A DNA stretch of 64,000 bases from Desulfobacteraceae bacterium Eth-SRB1 (GTDB lineage: Bacteria > Desulfobacterota > Desulfobacteria > Desulfobacterales > ETH-SRB1): contig RPGP01000040.1 in NCBI GenBank assembly GCA_004193555.1, positions 65,127 through 129,126 of the forward strand. Direction: 5' to 3'. A program made the translations under genes and the position numbers. The notes beneath the pieces were generated by a model. It ran no database searches. It saw only the letters and a program-made list of their open reading frames with translations, and had not been told where the DNA came from. This document shows positions 9,032-16,291 of the stretch, in pieces. Every line of letters begins with the position of its first letter. Position 1 is the stretch's first letter.

Positions 9032-10429
9032 ATGAAAATGAAAAAAGGTGAATTGCTGGAACTTAGAATTACTGATATGGCGTATGGCGGCAAGGGGGTT
9101 GCGCGGGTAGACGGTTTTGCTGTTTTTGTTGACAGGGCAATGCCTTTAGACCTTGTAAGCGTCAGGATAATCAAGAAGAAAAAAAGCTATGCCGAAGCCC
9201 GTGTGATCGAAATAATTGAACCATCACCATTCAGAATAGATTCCGCCTGTATGTACAGCGGATATTGTGGCGGGTGTAAATGGCAGTTTTTAGCTTATGA
9301 AAAACAGCTTGAGTACAAACAGCAGCATGTTGTTGATTCGATTGAACACATAGGGCTTATAAGCGGGATCACGGTTCATCCGGTCATTCCTTCCAGTCTG
9401 ATTTTCGGATACAGGAACAAGATGGAATTTTCCTGCTCAGACAGAAGATGGCTTTTGCCTGATGAGATGGGGAAAGAAGATGTTGATACAGGTTTTGCCA
9501 TCGGCCTTCATGCTCCGGGGACTTTTTACAAAGTCCTTGATACCAGAAAATGTCTGCTCCAGCCGGAAATAGGGAATTATATACTCGACGATGTCAGAAG
9601 TTTTATAAAGAATTCCGATATGCCTGTTTACGGGCTTCGCAGCCATACAGGATTCTGGCGTTTTCTTATGCTGAGACATTCTGTTGCTTATGATCAGTGG
9701 ATGGTAAACATCATAACCGCTGCAGAAAAACCGGCAAAAGTCCAGCCTCTGGCCGATCTTTTGATAAGCAGATATCCGGAAATAGTCTCCGTGATAAATA
9801 ATATTAATACGCGAAAGGCCGGTATTGCCGTCGGAGAATATGAGATACTTCTTGCCGGCGATCCCTGCATAAAGGATAAGATCGGTCATGTTGAGTTTGA
9901 AATATCGGCAAACTCTTTTTTTCAGACAAACACCCGGAGCGCGGAGCAGCTTTACCGTACAGTAAAAGATTATGCCGGTCTTACAGGCAGCGAGACCGTT
10001 GTAGATCTTTATAGCGGGACAGGGGCGATAGCTATTTATCTTGCAGATTCCGCCGGAGAAATAACAGGCATAGAAATGGTTGAAAGCGCCGTGGTTGATG
10101 CCGAAAATAACTGCCGTAAAAACGGCATTTCAAATTGCAGCTTTATTACCGGTGATATAAAGGAATGTTTTTCACAAATTACTTCACGACCGGATGTCAT
10201 GATAATAGATCCGCCCAGGATGGGTATGCATAAGGATGTAGTAAAGCAGGTAATTGAAATGGCTCCGGGAAAAATAGTATATGTATCCTGCAACCCTGCC
10301 ACCATGGCAAGGGATCTCGGCCTTATGAAAGACAGTTACAAACTGCTGGAGATACAGCCTGTTGATATGTTTCCACACACATATCATATTGAGTCTGTGG
10401 CAAAATTATATAAAATCGCGACAAAATGA
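9032..10429 (+). CDS. rlmD: 23S rRNA (uracil-C5)-methyltransferase, RlmD/RumA family
   Basis: TRAM domain at the N-terminus. Fe-S cysteine cluster CMYSGYCGGCKWQ. SAM methyltransferase motifs DLYSGTGAIAI, DPPRMG, YVSCNP. ATG 9032 has GAAGG 6 nt upstream. Confidence 0.85.
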   Translation: MKMKKGELLELRITDMAYGGKGVARVDGFAVFVDRAMPLDLVSVRIIKKKKSYAEARVIEIIEPSPFRIDSACMYSGYCGGCKWQFLAYEKQLEYKQQHVVDSIEHIGLISGITVHPVIPSSLIFGYRNKMEFSCSDRRWLLPDEMGKEDVDTGFAIGLHAPGTFYKVLDTRKCLLQPEIGNYILDDVRSFIKNSDMPVYGLRSHTGFWRFLMLRHSVAYDQWMVNIITAAEKPAKVQPLADLLISRYPEIVSVINNINTRKAGIAVGEYEILLAGDPCIKDKIGHVEFEISANSFFQTNTRSAEQLYRTVKDYAGLTGSETVVDLYSGTGAIAIYLADSAGEITGIEMVESAVVDAENNCRKNGISNCSFITGDIKECFSQITSRPDVMIIDPPRMGMHKDVVKQVIEMAPGKIVYVSCNPATMARDLGLMKDSYKLLEIQPVDMFPHTYHIESVAKLYKIATK

Positions 10430-10491
10430 AGGATGCCCAACTGTTAATTGAGTTTTTTGCTTAATTGAGGTATCAGTTTGATGTTTTAATC

Positions 10492-10628
10492 TTGATAAAT
10501 CCGTAAAAAGTCAAACACACCCCTTAATCGTCATTCCGGCGAAAGCCGGAATCCAGTTTTTTCAAGTAGTTGCAGATCATCTGGACTCCGGTTTTCACCG
10601 GAGTGACGACTTTTTACGAGTTCATCAA
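10492..10628 (+). repeat. TAAAAAGT-hairpin element with a 105-bp insert carrying two 8-bp stem/tetraloop hairpins
   Basis: Termini CCGTAAAAAGTC / GACTTTTTACGAGTTCATCAA. Internal ATTCCGGC-GAAA-GCCGGAAT (10533-10552) and ACTCCGGT-TTTC-ACCGGAGT (10585-10604). Confidence 0.9.
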
Positions 10629-10670
10629 TTTTGAGTATCCTGTTAAGCTGTCAAAAAAAAGGTGCTTGTT

Positions 10671-11093
10671 ATGATTATTGAAATGAGGCCCATAGGTTTT
10701 GTATATCACGATCATGAAAAGGTCCCCCGACACTGGTCTGTTTCCGATGTTGAAGGAACGCTGGTAATCGATGAGGAATATATAGGGGGGCTCAAAGACA
10801 TCAAAGCAGGCCGGCGCATTGTCGTAATTTTCTATTTTCATAAGAGTCCTGAGTTTGTTTCGCGATATCTCAGGCAAAGCCCACCCCACAGAAATGGAAT
10901 TATGGGTGTTTTCAGCACATGCTCGCCAAAGAGACCAAATCCCATCGGGATGTCGGTTCTGGAGGTTCTTGACATTAAGGGTAATGTAATTCGTGTCAAG
11001 GGGATAGACATGTTAAATGGAACCCCTGTCCTTGATATAAAACCACATATTATTGATAAACATACCTGTCCAAGTTTTAAGGACGAAGTGTAA
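10671..11093 (+). CDS. trmO: tRNA m6t6A37 methyltransferase TrmO/TsaA family
   Basis: MIIEMRPIGFVYH...GVFSTCSPKRPNPIGMSVLEVL...NGTPVLDIKP. The start is uncertain (GTG 10662, ATG 10671 or ATG 10683). Confidence 0.8.
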   Translation: MIIEMRPIGFVYHDHEKVPRHWSVSDVEGTLVIDEEYIGGLKDIKAGRRIVVIFYFHKSPEFVSRYLRQSPPHRNGIMGVFSTCSPKRPNPIGMSVLEVLDIKGNVIRVKGIDMLNGTPVLDIKPHIIDKHTCPSFKDEV

Positions 11094-11100
11094 TCAGAAG

Positions 11101-11139
11101 CCGTTCACGGCTTGAAACTTGAAATTGGAAAGTAGAAAT
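11101..11139 (+). repeat. 39-nt unit CCGTTCACGGCTTGAAACTTGAAATTGGAAAGTAGAAAT, copy 1
   Basis: Identical to 56746-56784. 38 of 39 positions match the reverse complement of 31766-31804. The 29-nt core recurs at 55680-55708. Confidence 0.9.
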
Positions 11140-11159
11140 TTGGTAGAAAAAGAAATGGG

Positions 11160-11298
11160 ATCAAGTCTACGTTTGACCCATGAGCAATCTATTTTCTCTT
11201 ATTTCAATAGGGCTTCTGATTTTTTATCTTTATTCTTAAGCTTCTATGCCCACTTGAATCTTGACTAATTAACAACAAGGGTCAAACGTAGACTTGAT
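11160..11298. repeat. Perfect 20-bp inverted repeat with 99-bp loop
   Basis: ATCAAGTCTACGTTTGACCC (11160-11179) / GGGTCAAACGTAGACTTGAT (11279-11298). Confidence 0.9.
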
Positions 11299-11360
11299 AA
11301 TCATATAAAGGGCTTAGTGTTGAGCTGGAGCAAAATCATCGCCAAGTGCTTTACTTTGTA

Positions 11361-11536
11361 GGTGCACGAGGCATACTCGTCAAGCGTGACATTTTCCTAC
11401 GGAACGCTTCGCTAAATGTCACTACAGCCTGACGAGTTTAAAATGAAATGACACCTCCCTAACCCTTAGCAAAAGGTGCTAAGGGTACCAGTACGTAAGT
11501 ACGTAACATTAATTTTATGGTTTTAGGAGGTGTCAT
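11361..11536 (+). ncRNA. Structured IS110 leader (candidate regulatory or bridge-RNA-like region)
   Basis: Stem/internal-loop/stem: ACTCGTCA-AGC-GTGACATTT (11375-11394) pairs with AAATGTCAC-TACAGCC-TGACGAGT (11414-11437). Hairpin CCCTTAGC/GCTAAGGG (11463-11485). Transcription not shown. Confidence 0.25.
11448..11536 (+). promoter_or_regulatory. Anti-SD pairing that can sequester the transposase RBS
   Basis: ATGACACCTCC (11448-11458) is the perfect reverse complement of GGAGGTGTCAT (11526-11536). The latter is the SD plus the bases abutting ATG 11537. Confidence 0.4.
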
Positions 11537-12445
11537 ATGGAAACATACGCTGGAATCGATTTACATTCAAGTAATAATTACATCGGTATTATCAATGAGC
11601 AAAATCAGAGACTTTATGGGAAACGGATACCAAACGAACTGGACAGAGTTTTGATGGCGCTGGAACCGTTTAAGGATACACTGAAAGGTGTAGTCGTAGA
11701 ATCAACATACAACTGGTACTGGCTGGTAGACGGTTTGCAGGAGCATGGATACAAATTGCATTTAGCTAATCCGGCAGCGATTAAGCAATACGAAGGTCTG
11801 AAACATACAGATGACAAATGGGACGCGTTCTGGCTGGCCCACTTGAAGCGTTTGGATATTTTGCCCGAAGGTTATATATATCCAAAAGAGGAACGTCCTG
11901 TAAGGGATTTGCTGCGCAGAAGGCTTTTGTTTGTTCAGCACAGCACATCCCACATTTTAAGTCTTCAAAGCATGATAACAAGGAATATTGGATTAAAGAT
12001 GTCCGGCAATGCGATAAAGAAGCTTAAAGAAGAAGAAGTTGAAGGAATGTTTGATTCTTCCAATCTGGTCTTTATGGCCCAAAATAATACAGCGACCATT
12101 CAGTTTTTAAAGAAAATAGTTAAGGATATTGAAAAACAAGTAAAATCCCAGGTAAAGCTTAGAAAAGAATTTAAGATGCTGCTGACGATCACGGGGATTG
12201 GGAATATTTTAGGACTTACCATAATGCTGGAAGTAGGAGACATAAACCGTTTTGCTGAAGTTGGAAACTATTCTTCATATTGCCGGTGTGTGAAAAGCGA
12301 GAGACTTTCTAATGGCAAGAAAAAAGGAGAGAACAACAAAAAGAACGGAAATAAATATTTATCCTGGGCATATGTAGAAGCAGCGAACTTTGCGATCAGG
12401 CATAGTGTAAAAGCACATAGTTTTTATCAACGTAAAAAAGCCTAA
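11537..12445 (+). CDS. IS110-family DEDD transposase, interrupted by an in-frame TAA (reading frame continues to 12553)
   Basis: AGIDLHS, VESTYNWYW and HTDDKWDA (DEDD N-domain). C-terminal LLTITGIGNILG...SERLSNGKKKG..KNGNKYLSWAY. After TAA 12443-12445 the same frame reads RNGIVAIKALANKICRASYYIMRDCVPFNEEMLFR*, the conserved family C-terminus. Confidence 0.85.
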   Translation: METYAGIDLHSSNNYIGIINEQNQRLYGKRIPNELDRVLMALEPFKDTLKGVVVESTYNWYWLVDGLQEHGYKLHLANPAAIKQYEGLKHTDDKWDAFWLAHLKRLDILPEGYIYPKEERPVRDLLRRRLLFVQHSTSHILSLQSMITRNIGLKMSGNAIKKLKEEEVEGMFDSSNLVFMAQNNTATIQFLKKIVKDIEKQVKSQVKLRKEFKMLLTITGIGNILGLTIMLEVGDINRFAEVGNYSSYCRCVKSERLSNGKKKGENNKKNGNKYLSWAYVEAANFAIRHSVKAHSFYQRKKA

Positions 12446-12803
12446 AGAAACGGTATAGTTGCAATTAAAGCATTAGCCAATAAGATTTGCAGGGCATCCT
12501 ATTACATCATGCGTGATTGTGTGCCCTTTAATGAAGAGATGCTTTTTCGTTAATCAGTTTGGGTGCGGCAGTGAACCGGTAATGGGCCGTGCTTTAAGCA
12601 TTGCGCTTAAAATACAATTGCCTTGAACCTGATGGGTGACTGGTGCGGATCAGCTTGGGCTGACTGCTAACCTATGAAAAGAAATAAACGGGTGCGAAAA
12701 AAGGTGATAAAGCGAGGCTGTGCTGTGGCGAAAGTAAGAGGACAAGCAAAAAAGGATGTATTTTTTTTAAGGGAGAGGTGTTTTTTTTCTTGACAGGCCC
12801 TTT

Positions 12804-12826
12804 AATGGGTGACCCCATTTTTTTTT
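12804..12826 (+). terminator. Intrinsic-terminator-like hairpin plus T-run at the IS right side
   Basis: AATGGG-TGAC-CCCATT followed by T8 (12818-12826). Confidence 0.45.
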
Positions 12827-12836
12827 ACCAGCGACT

Positions 12837-13480
12837 TGTTATACGATTTCATTGAATGACTATTACAATTAGGTGTTGCTGCATTTCTTTACTACCCTCA
12901 TTCCACATACCATCCCATGCAACCTGAACAGTAAGAGTATTGGACTCTGCCGAATCAGAGACCGCTTTGAATCTCATACGAATTGGTTCGTTTGGTGGGA
13001 AAGTGGGATCTAAATTATTTGGGCACCAGTATAGCTGGAGAGCAAAACGTTTTGCATCCTCAACAACGAAACCGAAAGTCGACATTTCATCAGGTCCGAT
13101 TGTTGTATATGCGGGAGTGATGTTTGGCCATTTCCATGTAACGTGAACTGGGCCACTGAAAACGATAGGCCTCCAGTTTCCATCTGGGCCTTGCTTGATA
13201 ATCTCTATAAGAAGTACTCTGACATTCTTTGCAGGAGACGACTGTCGTTCGTTTATAACATCAAGACTATAGTATCTTGCTTTTTTCCCATCGCCTCGGG
13301 TGGTAAATGATCCTTGAGGATCGGCGAGAGATATTTTTAGCTTCGGTTTAGTCCACCACTGGCGTATACGTTCGCCCCATAAGGCAACTATTACTGCCAT
13401 AAAAGTTACGGAAGATCCAAGGATTCCAACAAGTAAACTATACTTTTCATAATCAGTCATAATTTATCTCTCGTATAACA
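12837..13480. repeat. Perfect 10-bp inverted repeat bracketing the orphan ORF
   Basis: TGTTATACGA (12837-12846) and TCGTATAACA (13471-13480). On the minus strand these read GTTATAC upstream of the ORF and GTATAAC downstream, resembling integron core and inverse-core sites. Confidence 0.7.
12849..13460 (-). CDS. Orphan membrane-anchored protein, function unknown (cassette-like ORF)
   Basis: 203 aa. One N-terminal TM helix (LLVGILGSSVTFMAVIVALW) then a beta-rich domain. Flanked by a perfect 10-bp inverted repeat and AT-rich DNA. No family recognised. Confidence 0.6.
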   Translation of the reverse strand: MTDYEKYSLLVGILGSSVTFMAVIVALWGERIRQWWTKPKLKISLADPQGSFTTRGDGKKARYYSLDVINERQSSPAKNVRVLLIEIIKQGPDGNWRPIVFSGPVHVTWKWPNITPAYTTIGPDEMSTFGFVVEDAKRFALQLYWCPNNLDPTFPPNEPIRMRFKAVSDSAESNTLTVQVAWDGMWNEGSKEMQQHLIVIVIQ

Positions 13481-13490
13481 TAGATTAAAC

Positions 13491-13642
13491 GGCCTAATAG
13501 CCGTAGTTAATTACGGCTATTCGCCGCTACAAAGTTAAAGAATATAAACAATACAGCGTGTTAGTATTCATCTTTGTTTTATATTGAAATGTGAAATACG
13601 GCTAAACAGCCGCCTATTTCTAATACGCGGCTGTTTTGCCGT
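13491..13642. repeat. Two imperfect hairpins sharing an ACGGCTA core (attI/attC-like region)
   Basis: GGCCTAATAGCCGTA/TACGGCTATTCGCC (13491-13525, one bulged base). ACGGCTAAACAGCCGC/GCGGCTGTTTTGCCGT (13598-13642, one mismatch). Confidence 0.55.
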
Positions 13643-13854
13643 CTATCACTTTTTTTATAATTTATCTAACATTATGATATTACAATAAATACAATACGCT
13701 CAAGGTGTATATTGAGATTGAAAATGCGCATAAAAGTATAAAAAAGTGTTGCATTAAATATTTTGTATGTTAATTAAAAACAACATGACAGATGTTTCAT
13801 AAATAGAACTGAAATAATTTCCCATATTACTAATAGGTTGTCAATTATTTAAAG

Positions 13855-14013
13855 TTGATGGCGTCGTAAAAAGTCTCACTTCGGTGAAAACCGTTGTCCA
13901 GAAAATATGTAAACATTTTATATAACTGGATAGCGCAAAATGCTTCACTACGTGCCCGGCTTTCGCCGGAATGACGGAAAGGGGAATTTTCCGACTTTTT
14001 ACAAGTTCATCAA
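13855..14013 (-). repeat. TAAAAAGT-hairpin element, inverted and diverged homolog of 10492-10628
   Basis: TTGATGGCGTCGTAAAAAGTC...CCCGGCTTTCGCCGGAATGACG...CCGACTTTTTACAAGTTCATCAA. Sits immediately upstream of the intI remnant. Confidence 0.85.
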
Positions 14014-14044
14014 AGTTTATTGATAGTGATAAAAGGAACCAAAG

Positions 14045-14401
14045 ATGAAACTATTAGATCAGGTACGTAACGTTATAAGAAAAAAGCATTATTCAATCCG
14101 TACAGAACAGGCATATACAGATTGGATCAAAAGATTTATACTGTTCCATGGAAAAAAACACCCCAAAGATATGGGGGAGAGTGAGATTTCAAAGTATATA
14201 TCATACCTTGCCGTAAAGAGAAATGTTGCTGCGAGCACCCAGAATCAGGCCCTCAATGCCATTGTTTTTCTTTATAAACAGGTATTGAATAGAGAACTGG
14301 GTGACTTCGGGAGTATGGAAAGGGCCAAAAGATCTAAAGGCGGCATGGGAGTTAAAAGTCCACTGGATATGGTCGAGCAGGGGGAATTAAGAGGAAGATA
14401 A
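14045..14401 (+). pseudogene. Integron-integrase (IntI-like) remnant with internal deletion
   Basis: N-terminal SAM-like domain (HYSIRTEQAYTDWIKRFILFHGKKHP...STQNQALNAIVFLYKQVL...RAKRSK) is joined directly to the extreme C-terminal motif GGMGVKSPLD. The entire catalytic domain is missing. Confidence 0.7.
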
Positions 14402-14403
14402 TC

Positions 14404-15054
14404 ATGAAATTTGATATATTTATCAGGCGTGTTTTTGAAGCCCTTAAAATATCGTCTCAGAACAGGCTTGCAATACTCCTTGGGATCAACAGGGCCGGAA
14501 TTACGCAGGCCAAAAAGAAGGGAACTGTTCCTGACAGGTGGATCCTGGACCTTTACAGGAAATATGGCATAAACCCTGACTGGATTGAGACCGGCAAGGG
14601 AAAAATGTTTATCGCGGAAAGGAATGGCAGCGTTGTTGTTCCTGAATATAAGAGCGCCCCCCATGTAAAAGCCAGGCTTTGCGCTGGTGACGGATCTTTT
14701 GAAGTTGATGAAAATATCAGTGATTACTGGATGTTCAGGGCCGACTGGCTCAAGCGTAAAGGATCGCCTTCACATATGATCCTTATCGATATCTATGGAA
14801 ACAGCATGGAGCCTGCGCTAAAAGATGGAGATACAGTCCTGATTGATACATCCGGAAAGGATATACTGGCAGGATCAATATATGCCGTGGGTATTGACGA
14901 TACAATCATGGTTAAAAGAATAGAGAAGCATCCGGGCAAACTGGTTCTTATGAGCGACAATAAAGATTATGAACCCGTTTATTTGAGTCAGTATGAGATG
15001 AACAGCGTTCGCATCATCGGAAAAGTTGTATGGATATCGAGAGATGTGAGATAA
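14404..15054 (+). CDS. Phage CI/LexA-like repressor (HTH + S24 peptidase)
   Basis: N-terminal CI-type HTH (QNRLAILLGINRAGITQAKKKGTVPDRW). C-terminal S24 domain with GNSMEP (Ser) and VKRIEK (Lys). Starts 2 nt after the intI remnant stop. Confidence 0.8.
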   Translation: MKFDIFIRRVFEALKISSQNRLAILLGINRAGITQAKKKGTVPDRWILDLYRKYGINPDWIETGKGKMFIAERNGSVVVPEYKSAPHVKARLCAGDGSFEVDENISDYWMFRADWLKRKGSPSHMILIDIYGNSMEPALKDGDTVLIDTSGKDILAGSIYAVGIDDTIMVKRIEKHPGKLVLMSDNKDYEPVYLSQYEMNSVRIIGKVVWISRDVR

Positions 15055-15057
15055 TCT

Positions 15058-15438
15058 GACAACGGTTTGTGAAGGTGCTGAAACTCTCTGTACAGGAGGC
15101 GAAATGGAAGGAACATCAATACTTTTGGTTCCTTGAGCACGTTGGCGCCTTTAGGATATATTGGATTTAATATAAAAGCCTGGGAGAGCAGCTTGACAAA
15201 TAATTCCGCCTTATATTTCGTAATTCCAAGATTTTTTGAAATCGATGAGAAGTTGATTCCATCGACCTCTGATTTTCCGATAAAGAACATCGTCTTCTCG
15301 ATGTTTTCAATATCCTCAAATCTGAGATTTGAAACCATCGGTATATCCTTGCGAATGACCTTCTGGCAGACGTTTTTCAGAAGCGGAATAAATACTGTGG
15401 GCAGAATTACATTTTGGCAAATAATTAATGAAATGACG
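15058..15438 (-). pseudogene. Internal fragment of a DUF4143 AAA+ ATPase
   Basis: Frame open without a start codon: ...LLKNVCQKVIRKDIPMVSNLRFEDIENIEKTMFFIG..INFSSISKNLGITKYKAELFVKLL. It parallels the middle of the intact paralog at 62885..64000. Both the AAA N-domain and the C-terminus are missing. Confidence 0.6.
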
Positions 15439-15439
15439 T

Positions 15440-16273
15440 TTATTTTTGTCTGCGGGCAAGGGATGACAGGCTGTTTTCCATGTATTTTAGTGAGGCTTGC
15501 AAGTTGTCGTATGAAAATACTTCTATTATTGCTGTTCCGGCAAATGTTTTCAATATTTCCATGATATCTGATATTTTATTGTCTGTCAATTTATCAAGCG
15601 ATAAATGATCGAGGTTATCTTCAACTCCGTGAATATGTATGATCGATGTTCTGTCATGGTATTTATTAAAAGTCTCGATAATATCTCTATTCATCAGAAT
15701 AAGGTGGCCTGTATCAATACATACTGACAGGTTTAAAGAAGATACAATCTCTTCTGCCCATTCAAAAGGATACATCAGATTTTCAATCGCTATTGATCTG
15801 CTTTCTATTCCGGTTGAAAGCAACAGTTCCATGCTCTCATAAATACGTTCCTGCCATTTTTTTACAATATCTTTATCGCTGGAACCCTCATCATACGCCT
15901 CATCATACGAAAAATGGAGAGTAAAGATGGACGGGGCAAGAGGAAGGGTAAGATCGACGACCTGTTTAATAGTATCAATCGCGCTACGCCGGATTGTTGG
16001 ATTTTTATCTCCGAGATAAATATCAAGAGGCAGATGAATATCGTATGTAATATCAAATTCCTTTGCAAGCATGGAGAGTTCTTTTATCTCGTGCTTTGAA
16101 GGAAGGTTGTCCTGAGCGCTTTCAAACAATAGAAGTTCGATTTCATCGAGATAGGGGCCAAGCATTTTAACATTAGGGATATAATGATCAGGATATATAA
16201 ACGACGTGGTTCCCAGCCTGAACGGATATAAACCTTTGTATGATTTAGAGAGAGATGGATACATATTGTTCAA
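15440..16273 (-). CDS. Xylose-isomerase-like TIM-barrel protein, CbiR-like (cobamide remodelling) by context
   Basis: 277 aa with sugar-phosphate isomerase/AP-endonuclease-2 type motifs (IELLLFE, IENL, IDTGH, IHIHG). Last gene of the btuFCD-cobS operon, 18 nt after cobS. Confidence 0.5.
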   Translation of the reverse strand: MNNMYPSLSKSYKGLYPFRLGTTSFIYPDHYIPNVKMLGPYLDEIELLLFESAQDNLPSKHEIKELSMLAKEFDITYDIHLPLDIYLGDKNPTIRRSAIDTIKQVVDLTLPLAPSIFTLHFSYDEAYDEGSSDKDIVKKWQERIYESMELLLSTGIESRSIAIENLMYPFEWAEEIVSSLNLSVCIDTGHLILMNRDIIETFNKYHDRTSIIHIHGVEDNLDHLSLDKLTDNKISDIMEILKTFAGTAIIEVFSYDNLQASLKYMENSLSSLARRQK

Positions 16274-16291
16274 AGTTGATTGGCCAAATAG

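Larger units (their letters stand above)
11300..12830 (+). mobile_element. IS110-family insertion sequence (boundaries approximate)
   Basis: Holds a DEDD-type transposase ORF, a roughly 235-nt structured upstream region and a roughly 280-nt downstream region ending in a terminator-like hairpin. No terminal inverted repeats are seen, as expected for IS110. The ends could not be defined from a single copy. Confidence 0.6.

Noticed and set aside
11101-11139. The 39-nt unit as an orphan CRISPR repeat.
   Set aside because: The four copies are dispersed singly 20-25 kb apart, never in tandem with spacer-sized gaps.
12700-12848. A complete attC site downstream of the cassette-like ORF.
   Set aside because: Only the inverse-core-like GTATAAC next to the stop codon is present. 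No matching GTTRRRY partner lies 50-140 nt further on before the IS terminator. It is therefore described only as truncated or degenerate.
10492-14013. The two inverted TAAAAAGT elements (10492-10628 and 13855-14013) as ends of a composite transposon carrying trmO, the IS and the cassette.
   Set aside because: The same termini occur at many unrelated loci. trmO is a conserved housekeeping gene. The two copies are substantially diverged and no target duplication is evident.
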